Shown here piece after piece: positions 23,701 to 32,945 of a DNA stretch of 64,000 nt; positions within the stretch are counted from its first letter, which is position 1; each line of letters opens with the position of its first letter. The DNA lies in NCBI GenBank assembly GCA_963422365.1, contig OY729426.1, forward strand, positions 736,001 through 800,000, read 5' to 3'. Both the position numbers and the translations under genes were made by a program. The DNA comes from Nitrospirales bacterium. Lineage in GTDB: Bacteria; Nitrospirota; Nitrospiria; Nitrospirales; UBA8639. The notes under the pieces were generated by a model, which saw nothing but the letters and a program-made list of their open reading frames with translations, was not told the origin of the DNA and did not search any database.

Positions 23701-24219
23701 CTGCTCGCGGAGCGAGTAGCCGATGCCGAATTCGCCATTTCGGGCCGGAAATTTGCGCATCAGCCCATTCACGACCTTCTGCTTGATCTTCACCGGCACA
23801 TCTGCGCCGACTTGATACCGGACATGGCGGGGCGTTGGCGACTTCGAGACGTTCGCGTCGGCGAACATCAAGCGCCGTCGCATTGGCAGGTTCCCATACT
23901 GATGCGCAACTATGCCGCCGACCTCGATGTGCGACTAGCGAACCTGGACGAGGATCCCGGCGAACGGCTCATCGATGACCTCGCCTTTGCCGAAGGCCGT
24001 CTCCTGCACATCCACCCGTTCGAGGATTTCAACGGGCGGGTTTCCCGCCTGTTCCTCGTCGAACTGCTCTACCGGTTGAATCTGCCGGTGATCGATCCCG
24101 CCGCGTCGTCGGAGGAGGAGACCAAGCGCTACTTTTCTGCCTTGCAGGCGTATGACCGATGCGACCCGCGCCCTCTTACTGCAATCTGGTGCCTCCGTTT
24201 CACACAGGGAAGCTCCTGA
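20722..24219 (+). CDS. cas3: type I-G Cas3 (helicase followed by HD nuclease) fused to a C-terminal Fic domain
   Basis: PTGFGKT; DEVQ; SAT; STQVVEAGVD; QRFGRCAR; HD motif WHDLGK; HHG; LLRAADQRAS; then Fic motif HPFEDFNGRVSR at 24013-24048. Confidence 0.95.
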   Translation: MNAFDHLFTKITGYDKAYQWQVELASPTDCGNRLICIPTGFGKTLGVLATWVWHRVHNPSDTWPRRLVWCLPMRVLVEQTESEVRAALDRLGLLWDGKSPHDGKVGVHLLMGGADAGQWHLYPECDAVLIGTQDMLLSRAMNRGYASPRARWPMEFGLLNQDALWVMDEVQLMDVGLATSGQLQVFRGDDQAAKKSLRPCFTWWMSATLQRTWLEKSPDTADLTAELARKTHGIGSKDRVGRLWNDVIKPWEAVPFTNPQELAEDLSQRHRDLGCGKKGPTLVVLNTVERAVAVWTALRRDRTLRDADTDIRLTHSRFRPVERQAWRAEFLNREACSPGTNRIIVSTQVVEAGVDISASLLVTELAPWPSLVQRFGRCARWGGMGRVVVADFGHDSDKKAAPYSEDELDAACEACKDLPYVGPIHLECFEDAHEALLPRLYPYEPRHLLLRHELDELFDTSPDLSGADIDISRFIRSGDERDVQVFWADVEDKSHPASNLKPKRDELCSVPFLKAREWLCASPKSEKLKPDAHAWVWDWLDRKWRRAGRRDLHPGQTVLVDSGVGGYDRARGWDPNSKAPVEPVSLVDEEPTGHRPCWKRDGDGWLPSERRIRKLPPEDLADDAEEDESLSVSGWQTIASHGLQVGEEVECIAKGVAPSEARLLHLAGRWHDLGKAHPAFQGSIQAHDRPERDDIAKAPDRAWPCSPNNMYRIDVTDQRRGFRHELASALGLFGVLQRHDSQHPALLGPWREWFDAMGDAHTTEDSTCGAVTAKPTAIEQEILDLAAAEFDLLAYLVCAHHGKVRMAWHASPADQKADDRRLRIRGVREDDILPPLPLADAAGKFQELPATALDLSPSEAGLSVRTGRSWTERVLNLVERFGPFTLAWLEALLRAADQRASMKVITDTLLQEQENNDAGQSLGKSHRTLAPPAGGGASTTPPGVDPPSRRQLHGDGGRAGGRSVDSGTTRPPHSATRYVETALGILSYQELAPLLAERVADAEFAISGRKFAHQPIHDLLLDLHRHICADLIPDMAGRWRLRDVRVGEHQAPSHWQVPILMRNYAADLDVRLANLDEDPGERLIDDLAFAEGRLLHIHPFEDFNGRVSRLFLVELLYRLNLPVIDPAASSEEETKRYFSALQAYDRCDPRPLTAIWCLRFTQGSS
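23471..23680 (+). CDS. putative Fic antitoxin (FicA/VbhA-like), overprinted in an alternate frame of cas3-fic
   Basis: AGGAG RBS just upstream of ATG; 69 aa; VANSMAMEG fits the (S/T)xxxE(G/N) inhibitory motif; sits just before the Fic domain. Confidence 0.75.
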   Translation: MPDNHWVKAIEHWRLLPEEERQRRHQESIPRHVANSMAMEGEPVDEAWIRERLALRIRPPATSKPPSAS

Positions 24220-26498
24220 TGATCCACGTCCATACACTCGACGGCTGCGCACCCGCGCCGCTGGCGCATTACCTCAAGGCGCTCGGCATCCTGCGGTTAG
24301 TCGCCGAGCAGGCCGACAGCGATGTGCGCGGGTGGTGGGCGGGAGATCGTTTTCGGCTGGCGACGAAGCTGGGCAGGGAGGAGCTGGAGGGGTTCTTTTT
24401 GAAGGACTACCAGCCCACGCCGCTCGTGTCTCCGTGGAACAAGGGTGCAGGTTTCTTCTTCGAGAACGACCCGGGAGTATCTCCCCTGGAGAAATCGACA
24501 AGCCCTCGATTCGCAGCCTTCCGTTCGGGCATCAAGGCAAGCCGATCACAACTTGAAAAACTGTCAGAGGTGGACCAGAAGGTCCGCGACATCAAAGCGG
24601 AAACCAAAATTAGGGGAATGAGCAAAGCGGAAAGAACCCGGATGCGGAGCTCTGAGGAATACAAGCAACGACTTCGAGAAGCAGAGAAGAGGTTCAAGCA
24701 GATCAAGGCGGATCTGATCCCCAGTTTCCGCTTGAATTGGCGGGGAACTCATCGAGAGTGGATGGATTCCGCGATGGTGTTGGGAGACGACGGAACTCCG
24801 AAATATCCTGCGCTGCTTGGCACCGGGGGCAACGACGGTCGACTCGATTTTACCAACAACTTCATGAAACGGCTTGGAGAAGTGTTCGATCTCGGCAGCG
24901 ATGACGGTGCGCCGCGGTCTGCAGCAACGTCTTGGGTGTCCGGGGCCCTTGGGGGCTCGCCGGTTCCGGGCAATCTGGCAGGACAACCTGTCGGTCAGTA
25001 CCTGCCAGGTACGGCCGGGGGCGCGAACAATGGGAATGGCCCCGATTCAGACAGTATGGTGAATCCGGTGGATTTCATCCTGATGCTCGAAGGCGCCATC
25101 GTATTTGCGTCGCACGTCTCCCGACGTTTCGGCTCGTTGGAATCCTCCCGCGCCGCTTCGCCGTTCGCGGTCAACGCCTGCGGAGCAGCATACGCGAGCG
25201 CGTCGACGGATGATGAGAGCGCGAGGGGCGAACAATGGATGCCGCTATGGTCGCGGCCGTCAACTTACGGGGAACTGCGCCGTCTTCTGGCCGAGGGCCG
25301 CGCTCAGATCGGCACTCGAAGCGCAAGAGAACCGCTGGATCTTGCTCGAGCGGTCAAACGTCTGGGCACCGCACGCGGTATTCGAAAATTCCAACGTTAC
25401 GGCTACATTGAGCGCAACGGGCAATCCAATCTGGCGGTTCCCCTGGGTCGTTTCGACGTGGCGGAACGTCAATCCGAACATCTAGTCTGCATGGAAGATC
25501 TCCATCTCTGGTTGCGGCGTCTGCGTCAAGAGGCGCGCGGCCAGAACGCACCAGCTCGCTTATTCATTGCGGAAAAAAGTCTTGCGGATGCGCTCTTTGC
25601 TGTCACTGAACACTCCGGCACCCCGGAATGCTGGCAACGCATTCTTGCGCAGTTGGCGGAAATCGAAGGAATCATGGCCCACGGCAGCGGCTTCAACGCC
25701 CAGACCATTCCGCGTCTGTGCCCGGAATGGGTGTCCGCGAGCGATGACGGAACGCCGGAATTCCGCTTGGCTCTCGCCTTTGCATTGCAGGCGCAAGATT
25801 TCCACCGGTTATGGAAGACGCCAATCGATCCGATTCGGCGTCACTGGCTTCCCCTTGACCGAAAGCAGCCATCGCGCTTTGCCACGACCGGCACAGGCGC
25901 CACAACAAGGCTCGATTTGCAGCCGGAAGTGGTCATGCACGGCCGCCGGGGGCTTGACGACGCCATCGCCCTGGTCGAGCGGCGTCTGGTGGAGGCTTCC
26001 CAGCGCGCAGGCCGCCATCTGCCGCTTAAGGCAGCGCCGTGTGCGGCCGCTGGCATAGCCGACCTTGCGGCGTTGCTCTATGGCCATGTGGATCTGGATC
26101 GCACCCTGGCTCTGGCGCGCGCCCTCATGGCGCTGGATCGCAAGGCATGGGTTGAGCGCCACATACCCATCGAGTTCCCTCGCGCTTCGGATTGGTCGGA
26201 CGATGCCTGGCTGGCGATCCGTCTGTGTACGCTGCCTTGGCCGCTCAAGACGCGCTCCGGGTTCAAGCTCGACATCGGAACCAACCGGGCCATCGTCCGC
26301 CGTCTTGCCGTCGGCGACGCTGCCTCCGCCGTCACCATTGCGTTACGCCGTCTGGGTGCGGCCGGCGTCCGCTGCACCGTCCGTGCCGGTGCAGCGTCTC
26401 CCGAGACTTCTCGGTTGTGGGCCGCAGCCCTGGCTTTCCCCATCACCCAAGGAACCGCTAGGCGGTTTCTCTATTGCTTAGATCCGAATAAGGAGTAA
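24219..26498 (+). CDS. csx17: type I-G Cascade large subunit (Csx17/Cas8g)
   Basis: PLAHYLKALGILRL; PTPLVSPWN; LLGTGGNDGRLDFTNNF; RGEQWMPLW; RNGQS; TGATG coupling to cas3. Confidence 0.92.
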   Translation: MIHVHTLDGCAPAPLAHYLKALGILRLVAEQADSDVRGWWAGDRFRLATKLGREELEGFFLKDYQPTPLVSPWNKGAGFFFENDPGVSPLEKSTSPRFAAFRSGIKASRSQLEKLSEVDQKVRDIKAETKIRGMSKAERTRMRSSEEYKQRLREAEKRFKQIKADLIPSFRLNWRGTHREWMDSAMVLGDDGTPKYPALLGTGGNDGRLDFTNNFMKRLGEVFDLGSDDGAPRSAATSWVSGALGGSPVPGNLAGQPVGQYLPGTAGGANNGNGPDSDSMVNPVDFILMLEGAIVFASHVSRRFGSLESSRAASPFAVNACGAAYASASTDDESARGEQWMPLWSRPSTYGELRRLLAEGRAQIGTRSAREPLDLARAVKRLGTARGIRKFQRYGYIERNGQSNLAVPLGRFDVAERQSEHLVCMEDLHLWLRRLRQEARGQNAPARLFIAEKSLADALFAVTEHSGTPECWQRILAQLAEIEGIMAHGSGFNAQTIPRLCPEWVSASDDGTPEFRLALAFALQAQDFHRLWKTPIDPIRRHWLPLDRKQPSRFATTGTGATTRLDLQPEVVMHGRRGLDDAIALVERRLVEASQRAGRHLPLKAAPCAAAGIADLAALLYGHVDLDRTLALARALMALDRKAWVERHIPIEFPRASDWSDDAWLAIRLCTLPWPLKTRSGFKLDIGTNRAIVRRLAVGDAASAVTIALRRLGAAGVRCTVRAGAASPETSRLWAAALAFPITQGTARRFLYCLDPNKE

Positions 26499-26503
26499 TA
26501 ACT

Positions 26504-27535
26504 ATGACTATTGACTTGAAGCCACTGGAAAACGCCAATCGTTTGCTGTTCAGGATTCCCTTGGAGCCGTTGCAGGGAGGCCGATTTCAACCCACCGGAT
26601 TCCCCTCCCTGGGTGCTGCAGAGTTTCAGACTGTCAACGGCAAAAGCCTTTTGGTGGAGTCAGCGCAGAGCATGGCCAACCGCTTGGAGATGACCGTTTG
26701 GGATACTGCTAAGAACAATGTTAAGGAGGATCTGAACGGGCTGTCGCATGTGCGCGTAACCCGAAATGGCGCGTTTCTGACCGATACGATCTTGGATTCG
26801 CATCGGTTAAACAGTCCCTACCTGCTCGAAGGCAAGAAGGATAGGACGTTCCTCAATACGCTCAAGGATGAACTCGGAGTATTGGAGACTGGCCCAATTG
26901 ATCGTCAAAAGCTTGCCGAGGTGCTGTTGAAATACGACGTCAACTCGCTGATACACGGGGTGTTTCTGGCGAAAAAGGAGTTGGCGGGTGGCCGCCTGCG
27001 CATCGCCCGCGCTTTGTCGGCTTTCATCGAAGCGGACAATGTCCAGGTCGCGGCCTCTGGCGGCGTGAAGAATGACCACGTCAATCCATCGGGCGACGCC
27101 AAGGCAGGTTTCGGCAACGTTCCATTCGCACGGGACGAATACACCGCTGAGTCGATCACCCTATACGTCAATCTGGACTTGGTGCAGATCCGGGGCTATG
27201 GGCTGGGAGATGCAGTAGAACGCCTTCTGATTCTGTTGTCGCTATACAAGCTGCGCGCCCTGACCGGCGCAGGGATGCGCTTACGCACGGCCTGCGACCT
27301 GAAGGTCGTAGACAAAGATATCCAGGCGACGATGTCGGAGAGATGGGCGCTTCCCGGACTCGAAGACTTGGCAAGCGAAGTAACGTCCGCTATAGCCAAA
27401 TGCAAAGACTCCGATGGCAAAGACCGAATGAAGGTGACCCCCGTAACATTCGAAGACGAACTCAAGAAGGGTAAGGCGGAAGGCCAGGCAGGGCTGGACG
27501 ACGACGCCAACGACCACGAGGATGCCAGCGAGTAG
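26504..27535 (+). CDS. csb1: type I-G Cas7 (Csb1)
   Basis: FQPTGFP; LVESAQSMANRLE; HRLNSPY; SLIHGVF; GFGNVP; LRTACDL. Confidence 0.93.
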   Translation: MTIDLKPLENANRLLFRIPLEPLQGGRFQPTGFPSLGAAEFQTVNGKSLLVESAQSMANRLEMTVWDTAKNNVKEDLNGLSHVRVTRNGAFLTDTILDSHRLNSPYLLEGKKDRTFLNTLKDELGVLETGPIDRQKLAEVLLKYDVNSLIHGVFLAKKELAGGRLRIARALSAFIEADNVQVAASGGVKNDHVNPSGDAKAGFGNVPFARDEYTAESITLYVNLDLVQIRGYGLGDAVERLLILLSLYKLRALTGAGMRLRTACDLKVVDKDIQATMSERWALPGLEDLASEVTSAIAKCKDSDGKDRMKVTPVTFEDELKKGKAEGQAGLDDDANDHEDASE

Positions 27536-27539
27536 AGCC

Positions 27540-29234
27540 ATGCCGCTATCTGTCGCTTTTGGGTTCCTCGCGGGACGCTACCACGCCACGCCGTTCGGGC
27601 ACCACGTCAACGAGGGGTTGATCGAGTGGCCGCCTTCGCCCTGGCGGCTGCTGCGGGCGCTGATTTCCGCCGGCTACACGGCCGGTGCCTGGGACGGTGC
27701 CGGTCCGCCGGATGTTGCTCGCAGCCTCATCGAAAAACTGTCCGCCGAGCTGCCACGCTATCGCCTGCCGCCTGCGGTCGGCACCCACAGCCGCCATTAC
27801 ATGCCCATCGGCGTATTGGACAGCAAAACGAAGATCGAAAAGACGACCCTGGTGTTCGACACCTGGGCGCGCATTGAAGACGAAGAATTGACGGTCACCT
27901 GGAACGATGCCCGTCTGGACGAGGTCGAGCGCTCCCTCCTCGGCGTTCTGGTGGCGCGCCTGAGCTACCTGGGGCGCTCGGAAAGCTGGGTGTCAGGCCG
28001 GGTAATGGGAGAGCACGAACCGACGCCAGACGCCAACTGCTTTCCCGAACGCCAGGGAGAGACGCCCGGCCACGGCTGGGAGCAGGTGCCTCTGCTTGCG
28101 GCCATAAGCGCCGCCGACTTCGCGGCTTGGCGCACAAAGCAACTTGACCATGCCCTCGCCAAACACCCCTTGCCAGACGGGAGGAACCCGTCCGAAACGC
28201 TCCTCAACAAAAGTAAAAAAGCCGCAGCGCCCTACCCCGACGACCTGCTGGATTGCCTGCAAAGGGACACGAACTGGCTGCGCTCCCACGGATGGAGCCA
28301 GCCGCCCGGCAGTCGGCGCGTCTTCTACTGGCGGATGTCCAATGCCGTCGCAGTGGGCGCGCCGAAGACGACAAGAAGAGCAACTCCATCCGCGCCACGG
28401 GTCGAGGCCATGCTCCTGTCCCTCACCAACGCCAGCCGTAACGACCATGCGCTGCCGCCGGTGACCCGAACCTTGCCGCAAGCGGAGTTGCTGCATCGTG
28501 CGCTTGTCGGCATCGCTACTCGGCACGGTGCGCCACCGCCTGAACTCACCGGACGCGACGAGAACCGCCAACCGCTTCAAGGACCGCATGAACACGCGCA
28601 CATCAATCCTCTCGATCTGGACGGCGACGGGCACCTGGACCACATCCTGATTTGGGCGCCCGTGGGCCTCGGCGCCGAGGCCCAAGCCGCCATCCGCGCC
28701 GCACGAAGAACGTTTACGAAGGGCGGCATTGAACCGTTGCGTCTCGCTTTGGCGGCGACGGGGGAACTGAGCGATCTGGTCCGATTGCCAAGGAGGTACG
28801 GGCAGCGGGTTGCCCGCATCACGGATTGTGCGTCAATCTGGCAATCGGCGACGCCCTTTGTTCCGCCTAGATACATCAAGGTGCGCGGCAAGAACACGCT
28901 CGAAGGGCAGATACGAGCCGAACTGTCTTCGCGGGGATTTCCCGAACCGATCGCGGTGCATCAGCTCGCGTCCATGCCTCGGAATCGAAACGATACCGTG
29001 CCGACGAATGGAGCTGCCGATGAAAGAGGCAAGGCGACTTGGAGTCGGCTCCGCCATTTCAAACTTGTGCGCCGACGCGGGCCAGAGCCGCCGGCAGCTT
29101 GCGGATTCGCCATTCGGCTGGAATTCGAGCCTCCGATCTCCGGCCCCATCGCGCTTGGCTATGGGTCGCATTTCGGCCTGGGGTTGTTCGAGCGGATACC
29201 CTCCGAGGCGGTCATTGACTATGGCGACGAGTAA
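27540..29234 (+). CDS. csb2: type I-G Cas5/Cas6 fusion (Csb2)
   Basis: GRYHATP; EWPPSPWRLLRAL; YLGRSES; WQSATP; GPIALGYGSHFGLGLF. Confidence 0.95.
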   Translation: MPLSVAFGFLAGRYHATPFGHHVNEGLIEWPPSPWRLLRALISAGYTAGAWDGAGPPDVARSLIEKLSAELPRYRLPPAVGTHSRHYMPIGVLDSKTKIEKTTLVFDTWARIEDEELTVTWNDARLDEVERSLLGVLVARLSYLGRSESWVSGRVMGEHEPTPDANCFPERQGETPGHGWEQVPLLAAISAADFAAWRTKQLDHALAKHPLPDGRNPSETLLNKSKKAAAPYPDDLLDCLQRDTNWLRSHGWSQPPGSRRVFYWRMSNAVAVGAPKTTRRATPSAPRVEAMLLSLTNASRNDHALPPVTRTLPQAELLHRALVGIATRHGAPPPELTGRDENRQPLQGPHEHAHINPLDLDGDGHLDHILIWAPVGLGAEAQAAIRAARRTFTKGGIEPLRLALAATGELSDLVRLPRRYGQRVARITDCASIWQSATPFVPPRYIKVRGKNTLEGQIRAELSSRGFPEPIAVHQLASMPRNRNDTVPTNGAADERGKATWSRLRHFKLVRRRGPEPPAACGFAIRLEFEPPISGPIALGYGSHFGLGLFERIPSEAVIDYGDE

Positions 29235-29529
29235 GAAGCTGTGCGACGCCGCGTCCATACTGCGCATGATTCGAGATGCCCTTGGCAAGCAGATCAGCGG
29301 CAGGACGTTCGAGGAAGAGCGACCCTCCGTGCGGCGGCGTCTCCATGAGCCTGCGGTATCGCCGGTACCGGCAATGATGATTCCACAAAAACCGGCTCGC
29401 CGCGGATGGCAGAGACGAGTCGTGACGTATGCTGCCGAAAGGATCCGCACGATTCCGTGCAAGCGAAGATCCGGCGTTTCAGGACAGCGCGGCGAGTCGC
29501 ACGTGGAACCCAACGGAAGCGGCCTTTAA
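29221..29529 (+). CDS. small hypothetical protein overlapping the end of csb2 (possibly degenerate)
   Basis: ATG at 29221; MATSKKLCDAASILRMIRDALGKQISGRTFEEER. Confidence 0.35.
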   Translation: MATSKKLCDAASILRMIRDALGKQISGRTFEEERPSVRRRLHEPAVSPVPAMMIPQKPARRGWQRRVVTYAAERIRTIPCKRRSGVSGQRGESHVEPNGSGL

Positions 29530-29627
29530 CCATCGGAAGAGGGAATGCGATACGTCAATCGGCAAAACCGGTTGATCGTTGATGGCGCACGTGGGGAGCA
29601 ATATTCGAGTGCCCTGCCCATTCCACC

Positions 29628-31220
29628 TCAGGGTACAGCGGGAACGGCCCGGCGGAGTTTCTGCATCACTTTAAAAAAGCCATGCCGACCGGTGACGGCA
29701 GCTGCGGCTGAGACCCCGCCCATGAGCGCACCGACAATGCCCACTGCGCAGACGTCCGACCCACTGAGGTATAACCCGGGCACCGGTGTTTGAGGTGTGA
29801 GCCAATCCAGCCCGTAGCGCGCCGGCACGGCCGGCAGGCCGTACATCATGCCGTGCTCTCTGCTGGTAAAGTTCCGGATCGTCAGCGGTGTCGACAACTC
29901 CTGGAAGGCAATCAACTCGCTAAACCCGGGATAATGGCTCTCGACCAGTTTCACCATGCCGTCGGCAATGGTCCGTTTCAATCCGTCATACGCCTTGCCC
30001 CGATTCCTCCAGGGTTTGTCCTGCCATTGCGTAAAATGAGCATACTCCGTAAAACAGATGATCTCGGCCGTGGCGCTCTTTGCATCCGAGTTTTTCAGGG
30101 AGGGAAAGGAGAGATAACAGGCCCGGCAGCGCCCTTCCAGCAGCGCGTTGGTGTCATGGAGCAACCCATCGTGATCGTACCCTGTAAAAATCCAGTGATT
30201 TTCTCCGTTGAAACCCAAGGCGCGCGGGTCATCCTTGAATCCGATATACAGGGTCACGGCGCTGCATGCGCACCTGAAACGATGCAACTCATCCAGGAAG
30301 GGGATGGGAATGGATGCCGGCAGGAGTTTGTTATATGTCAGGTCTGCGCCCACGTTGGAAATCACGATGGGGGCGGAAAACGTGAGCGACTCCCGTCTTG
30401 CGCCCTTGATTGTTTCCACGGCCACGCCTACCGCCCGATTATCATGAACAAGAATCCTGACGGCCTCATGGTTGACCAAACACCGCCCGCCTCGGGCTTC
30501 AATCACGGGCAGAATGGAACGCGCCACGCGCGTGCTGCCGCCCTTTGGAAACCAGGCCCCGTTCAGGAAATGATGGACAATCAACGCATGGATCGCGAAC
30601 GCGCTGTCGGCAGGTGGTAGGCCGTAATCGCCCCACTGCGAGGCGAGTACCGCCTTCAATTGCGGATCATTAAAATACTTGTCCAGAATCGTTCTGGTTG
30701 TCGAGAGGGCCAGCTTTTTGCCTGGCAGGTTGCTCAATCGGATAAACGGTTGCACCCAGGCCGGCATAACGGGCCTCAGGAACTGTCTCTGCGACCATGC
30801 CGCCGCACGGTGAATGGCCTTGAAATAGGCGCGAATGGGCGCGTTCTCGTCGGGAAATTGCTTGACCAGGGCTGCCGTATAGGCCGCTTCATCGTCCGCC
30901 ACCTCAAAGGTAAAATCAGGATACACGAAACGCTCAAACACCGTGGGCAGTTTCTCCCAGTCCAGCCGGCCGTCGGAGATAAAGTCGAACACCTGCCTTG
31001 GCAGGTCACCGCGTTGCATCTCGCCGACATAATGCAGCCCGACGTCAAAATGATAATCGCCCCGCCGGAATTCATGAGTGAGCCCGCCTGGGATCCAGTG
31101 CTTCTCGAGGATCAGCACCTTTTTATGGTTTATCTTTGCCAGCAACGCGGCACTGGTCAGACCGCCGATGCCGGATCCGATGACGATAACGTCGTACGTA
31201 TGCTCAGCCTGCAGCGCCAT
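29628..31220 (-). CDS. phytoene desaturase/retinol saturase-like FAD-dependent oxidoreductase
   Basis: YDVIVIGSGIGGL; FDVGLHY; STPLT; TPVPGLYLSGSD. Confidence 0.9.
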   Translation of the reverse strand: MALQAEHTYDVIVIGSGIGGLTSAALLAKINHKKVLILEKHWIPGGLTHEFRRGDYHFDVGLHYVGEMQRGDLPRQVFDFISDGRLDWEKLPTVFERFVYPDFTFEVADDEAAYTAALVKQFPDENAPIRAYFKAIHRAAAWSQRQFLRPVMPAWVQPFIRLSNLPGKKLALSTTRTILDKYFNDPQLKAVLASQWGDYGLPPADSAFAIHALIVHHFLNGAWFPKGGSTRVARSILPVIEARGGRCLVNHEAVRILVHDNRAVGVAVETIKGARRESLTFSAPIVISNVGADLTYNKLLPASIPIPFLDELHRFRCACSAVTLYIGFKDDPRALGFNGENHWIFTGYDHDGLLHDTNALLEGRCRACYLSFPSLKNSDAKSATAEIICFTEYAHFTQWQDKPWRNRGKAYDGLKRTIADGMVKLVESHYPGFSELIAFQELSTPLTIRNFTSREHGMMYGLPAVPARYGLDWLTPQTPVPGLYLSGSDVCAVGIVGALMGGVSAAAAVTGRHGFFKVMQKLRRAVPAVP

Positions 31221-31221
31221 A

Positions 31222-31695
31222 TCAGACCGGTTGATCAACCATCCAATAGACTGAGAGAAGGGGGAAGATCGCCGCGCTCGTGCCGAAGCCGTTCCAGATG
31301 CGGGTCAAACGCCGGTATTGCGCCGGGATCACCCCGCCAGCGCTAAAGGCCCGTGCCAACCTGGTTTGTTTGATCTGCACCGGCACCAATCTGCTGACCC
31401 AGATAATCCCGGACGAGATAATCAGTATCCGGCCATTCGCTAGCCAGGCCAGGCCCGGCGCATTGTCCATCAAGGCATGCACCATACTCCCCTGTAGCAA
31501 CCAGCAGGGCGCGACCCCCAGGGCGGTAAAGACAGAATCCGTCAGGGTCACCTGACGTTGGGCAAACGCGACGATTGTCGCATCACGGGTTTGGTCGGCT
31601 ATGATCTTCCACCGCGTCGTAACGATCATGTTGCCGAGAAACAGCATGACACCGAGCATAGGCAGGCTCTTGAATCATACATCGTGATCGGCCAT
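31222..31695 (-). pseudogene. DUF2269-like membrane protein with in-frame TGA at 31675-31677
   Basis: MADHDV*FKSLPMLGVMLFLGNMIVT...LVPVQIKQ...WNGFG pattern. Confidence 0.65.
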
Positions 31696-31697
31696 GG

Positions 31698-32162
31698 TCA
31701 GCGAGTCCTCAGATTGACGTTCACAGTCTTGGCGGGGACGCTGAACGCAAACCGCGCCTCTTCATAGCTGGCCGGACCGAAGAAAGCCTGGGGGTTGTTC
31801 GAAAAACCATAGCCTTCCTTCGGGATACCGGTAAAATTTTTGTCCAGTTTGCCGTTGTTATTTTCATCGTGGTAGAGCTTGATGGCGTATTCCCCATAGG
31901 GCAGCCGTTCGAATACATACTCGGCCTGCCCGTCATGCACCTCGGCAGTCACGGACTGATAGGCCTGTTTACTATCTTCGTCCCCCCGCCCGTGGTCTGC
32001 GTCGTAGGTTTCTCGGGAAGTGAACAGGCCTATCATCAGGACGCCCCGGTCCGGGGCAAACCCCTCCACGGATAATGTCAAATCGCCATGCAAGGGTTCG
32101 GCCGCAGCCGAAAACAGACAACCGAGCGACAGCCACGCAGAAAAGAATAGTTTAGACGTCAT
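31698..32162 (-). CDS. DUF2141 family secreted protein
   Basis: Signal peptide; GEYAIKLYHDENNNGKLDKNFTGIPKEGYGFSNN. Confidence 0.9.
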   Translation of the reverse strand: MTSKLFFSAWLSLGCLFSAAAEPLHGDLTLSVEGFAPDRGVLMIGLFTSRETYDADHGRGDEDSKQAYQSVTAEVHDGQAEYVFERLPYGEYAIKLYHDENNNGKLDKNFTGIPKEGYGFSNNPQAFFGPASYEEARFAFSVPAKTVNVNLRTR

Positions 32163-32213
32163 GGAATGTTCCTCCCTCTTCTTCAGCAGCGTACGGTATA
32201 TGATTATATATGC

Positions 32214-32233
32214 ATATACAAATAGTTGCATAT
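32214..32233. promoter_or_regulatory. AphA/PadR-type operator
   Basis: ATATACA-N6-TGCATAT, one mismatch from the AphA box ATATGCA-N6-TGCATAT; lies between divergent genes. Confidence 0.7.
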
Positions 32234-32360
32234 AGGATAAAAAAGTATAGGATCACGTTTCGGATTAGTCAAGACCGACTACATCTGTTGTATTGACGGA
32301 CCGGACCATGCCGTTGCTACAGAACAAGGCAAAGCCATTCAACAAGACAGGAGATCCATC

Positions 32361-32912
32361 ATGTCGTTACGTCACGCCTTACTCGTATCATTGAGCAGAA
32401 AACAGGGTACGGGTTACGAAATCGCCAACGAATTCGACCGAGGGCTGGGTTATTTCTGGCCGGCCAGCCACCAGCAAATCTATCAGGAACTCGGCAAAAT
32501 GGCAGTTGAGAGGCTGGTGGCGTTCACGCGGCGACAACAACCGGATAAACCACCGAAGAAAATTTATCGCGTAACCGGAAATGGACGAAAATCCCTGATT
32601 GCATGGCTGGCAACACCGGTCGATATGCCAGCGGTCAAAGACCCCCTGTTGATTAAATTGTTTGCCGGAGACTTGATACCAGCGCAAACGCTGCTTGATG
32701 AAATCGACCGTCATAACGCGATCAACGCGGAAATACTTTCACGCTACCGTTCAATAGAGAAACAATATTTTGACAATCCCGATGCATTGCCCGCCACCAG
32801 TCAGTTCATATATATGACCCTGTTACGGGGGATTACCGCGAGAAAAGCGTGGCGTGCCTGGGCTCTGCGAGTCAGGCGTTTTTTGGAAAATCAGGCGCAC
32901 AACGCATCGTGA
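32361..32912 (+). CDS. PadR-family (AphA-like) transcriptional regulator
   Basis: MSLRHALL...TGYEI..EF...GYFWPASHQQIYQEL. Confidence 0.93.
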   Translation: MSLRHALLVSLSRKQGTGYEIANEFDRGLGYFWPASHQQIYQELGKMAVERLVAFTRRQQPDKPPKKIYRVTGNGRKSLIAWLATPVDMPAVKDPLLIKLFAGDLIPAQTLLDEIDRHNAINAEILSRYRSIEKQYFDNPDALPATSQFIYMTLLRGITARKAWRAWALRVRRFLENQAHNAS

Positions 32913-32945
32913 CAATAGAGAACGAATAGCCCCAAGATTCACCGT

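Noticed and set aside
31675..31677. In-frame TGA as selenocysteine
   Set aside because: Not a redox Cys position, no SECIS recognised; other drift in the gene suggests a nonsense mutation
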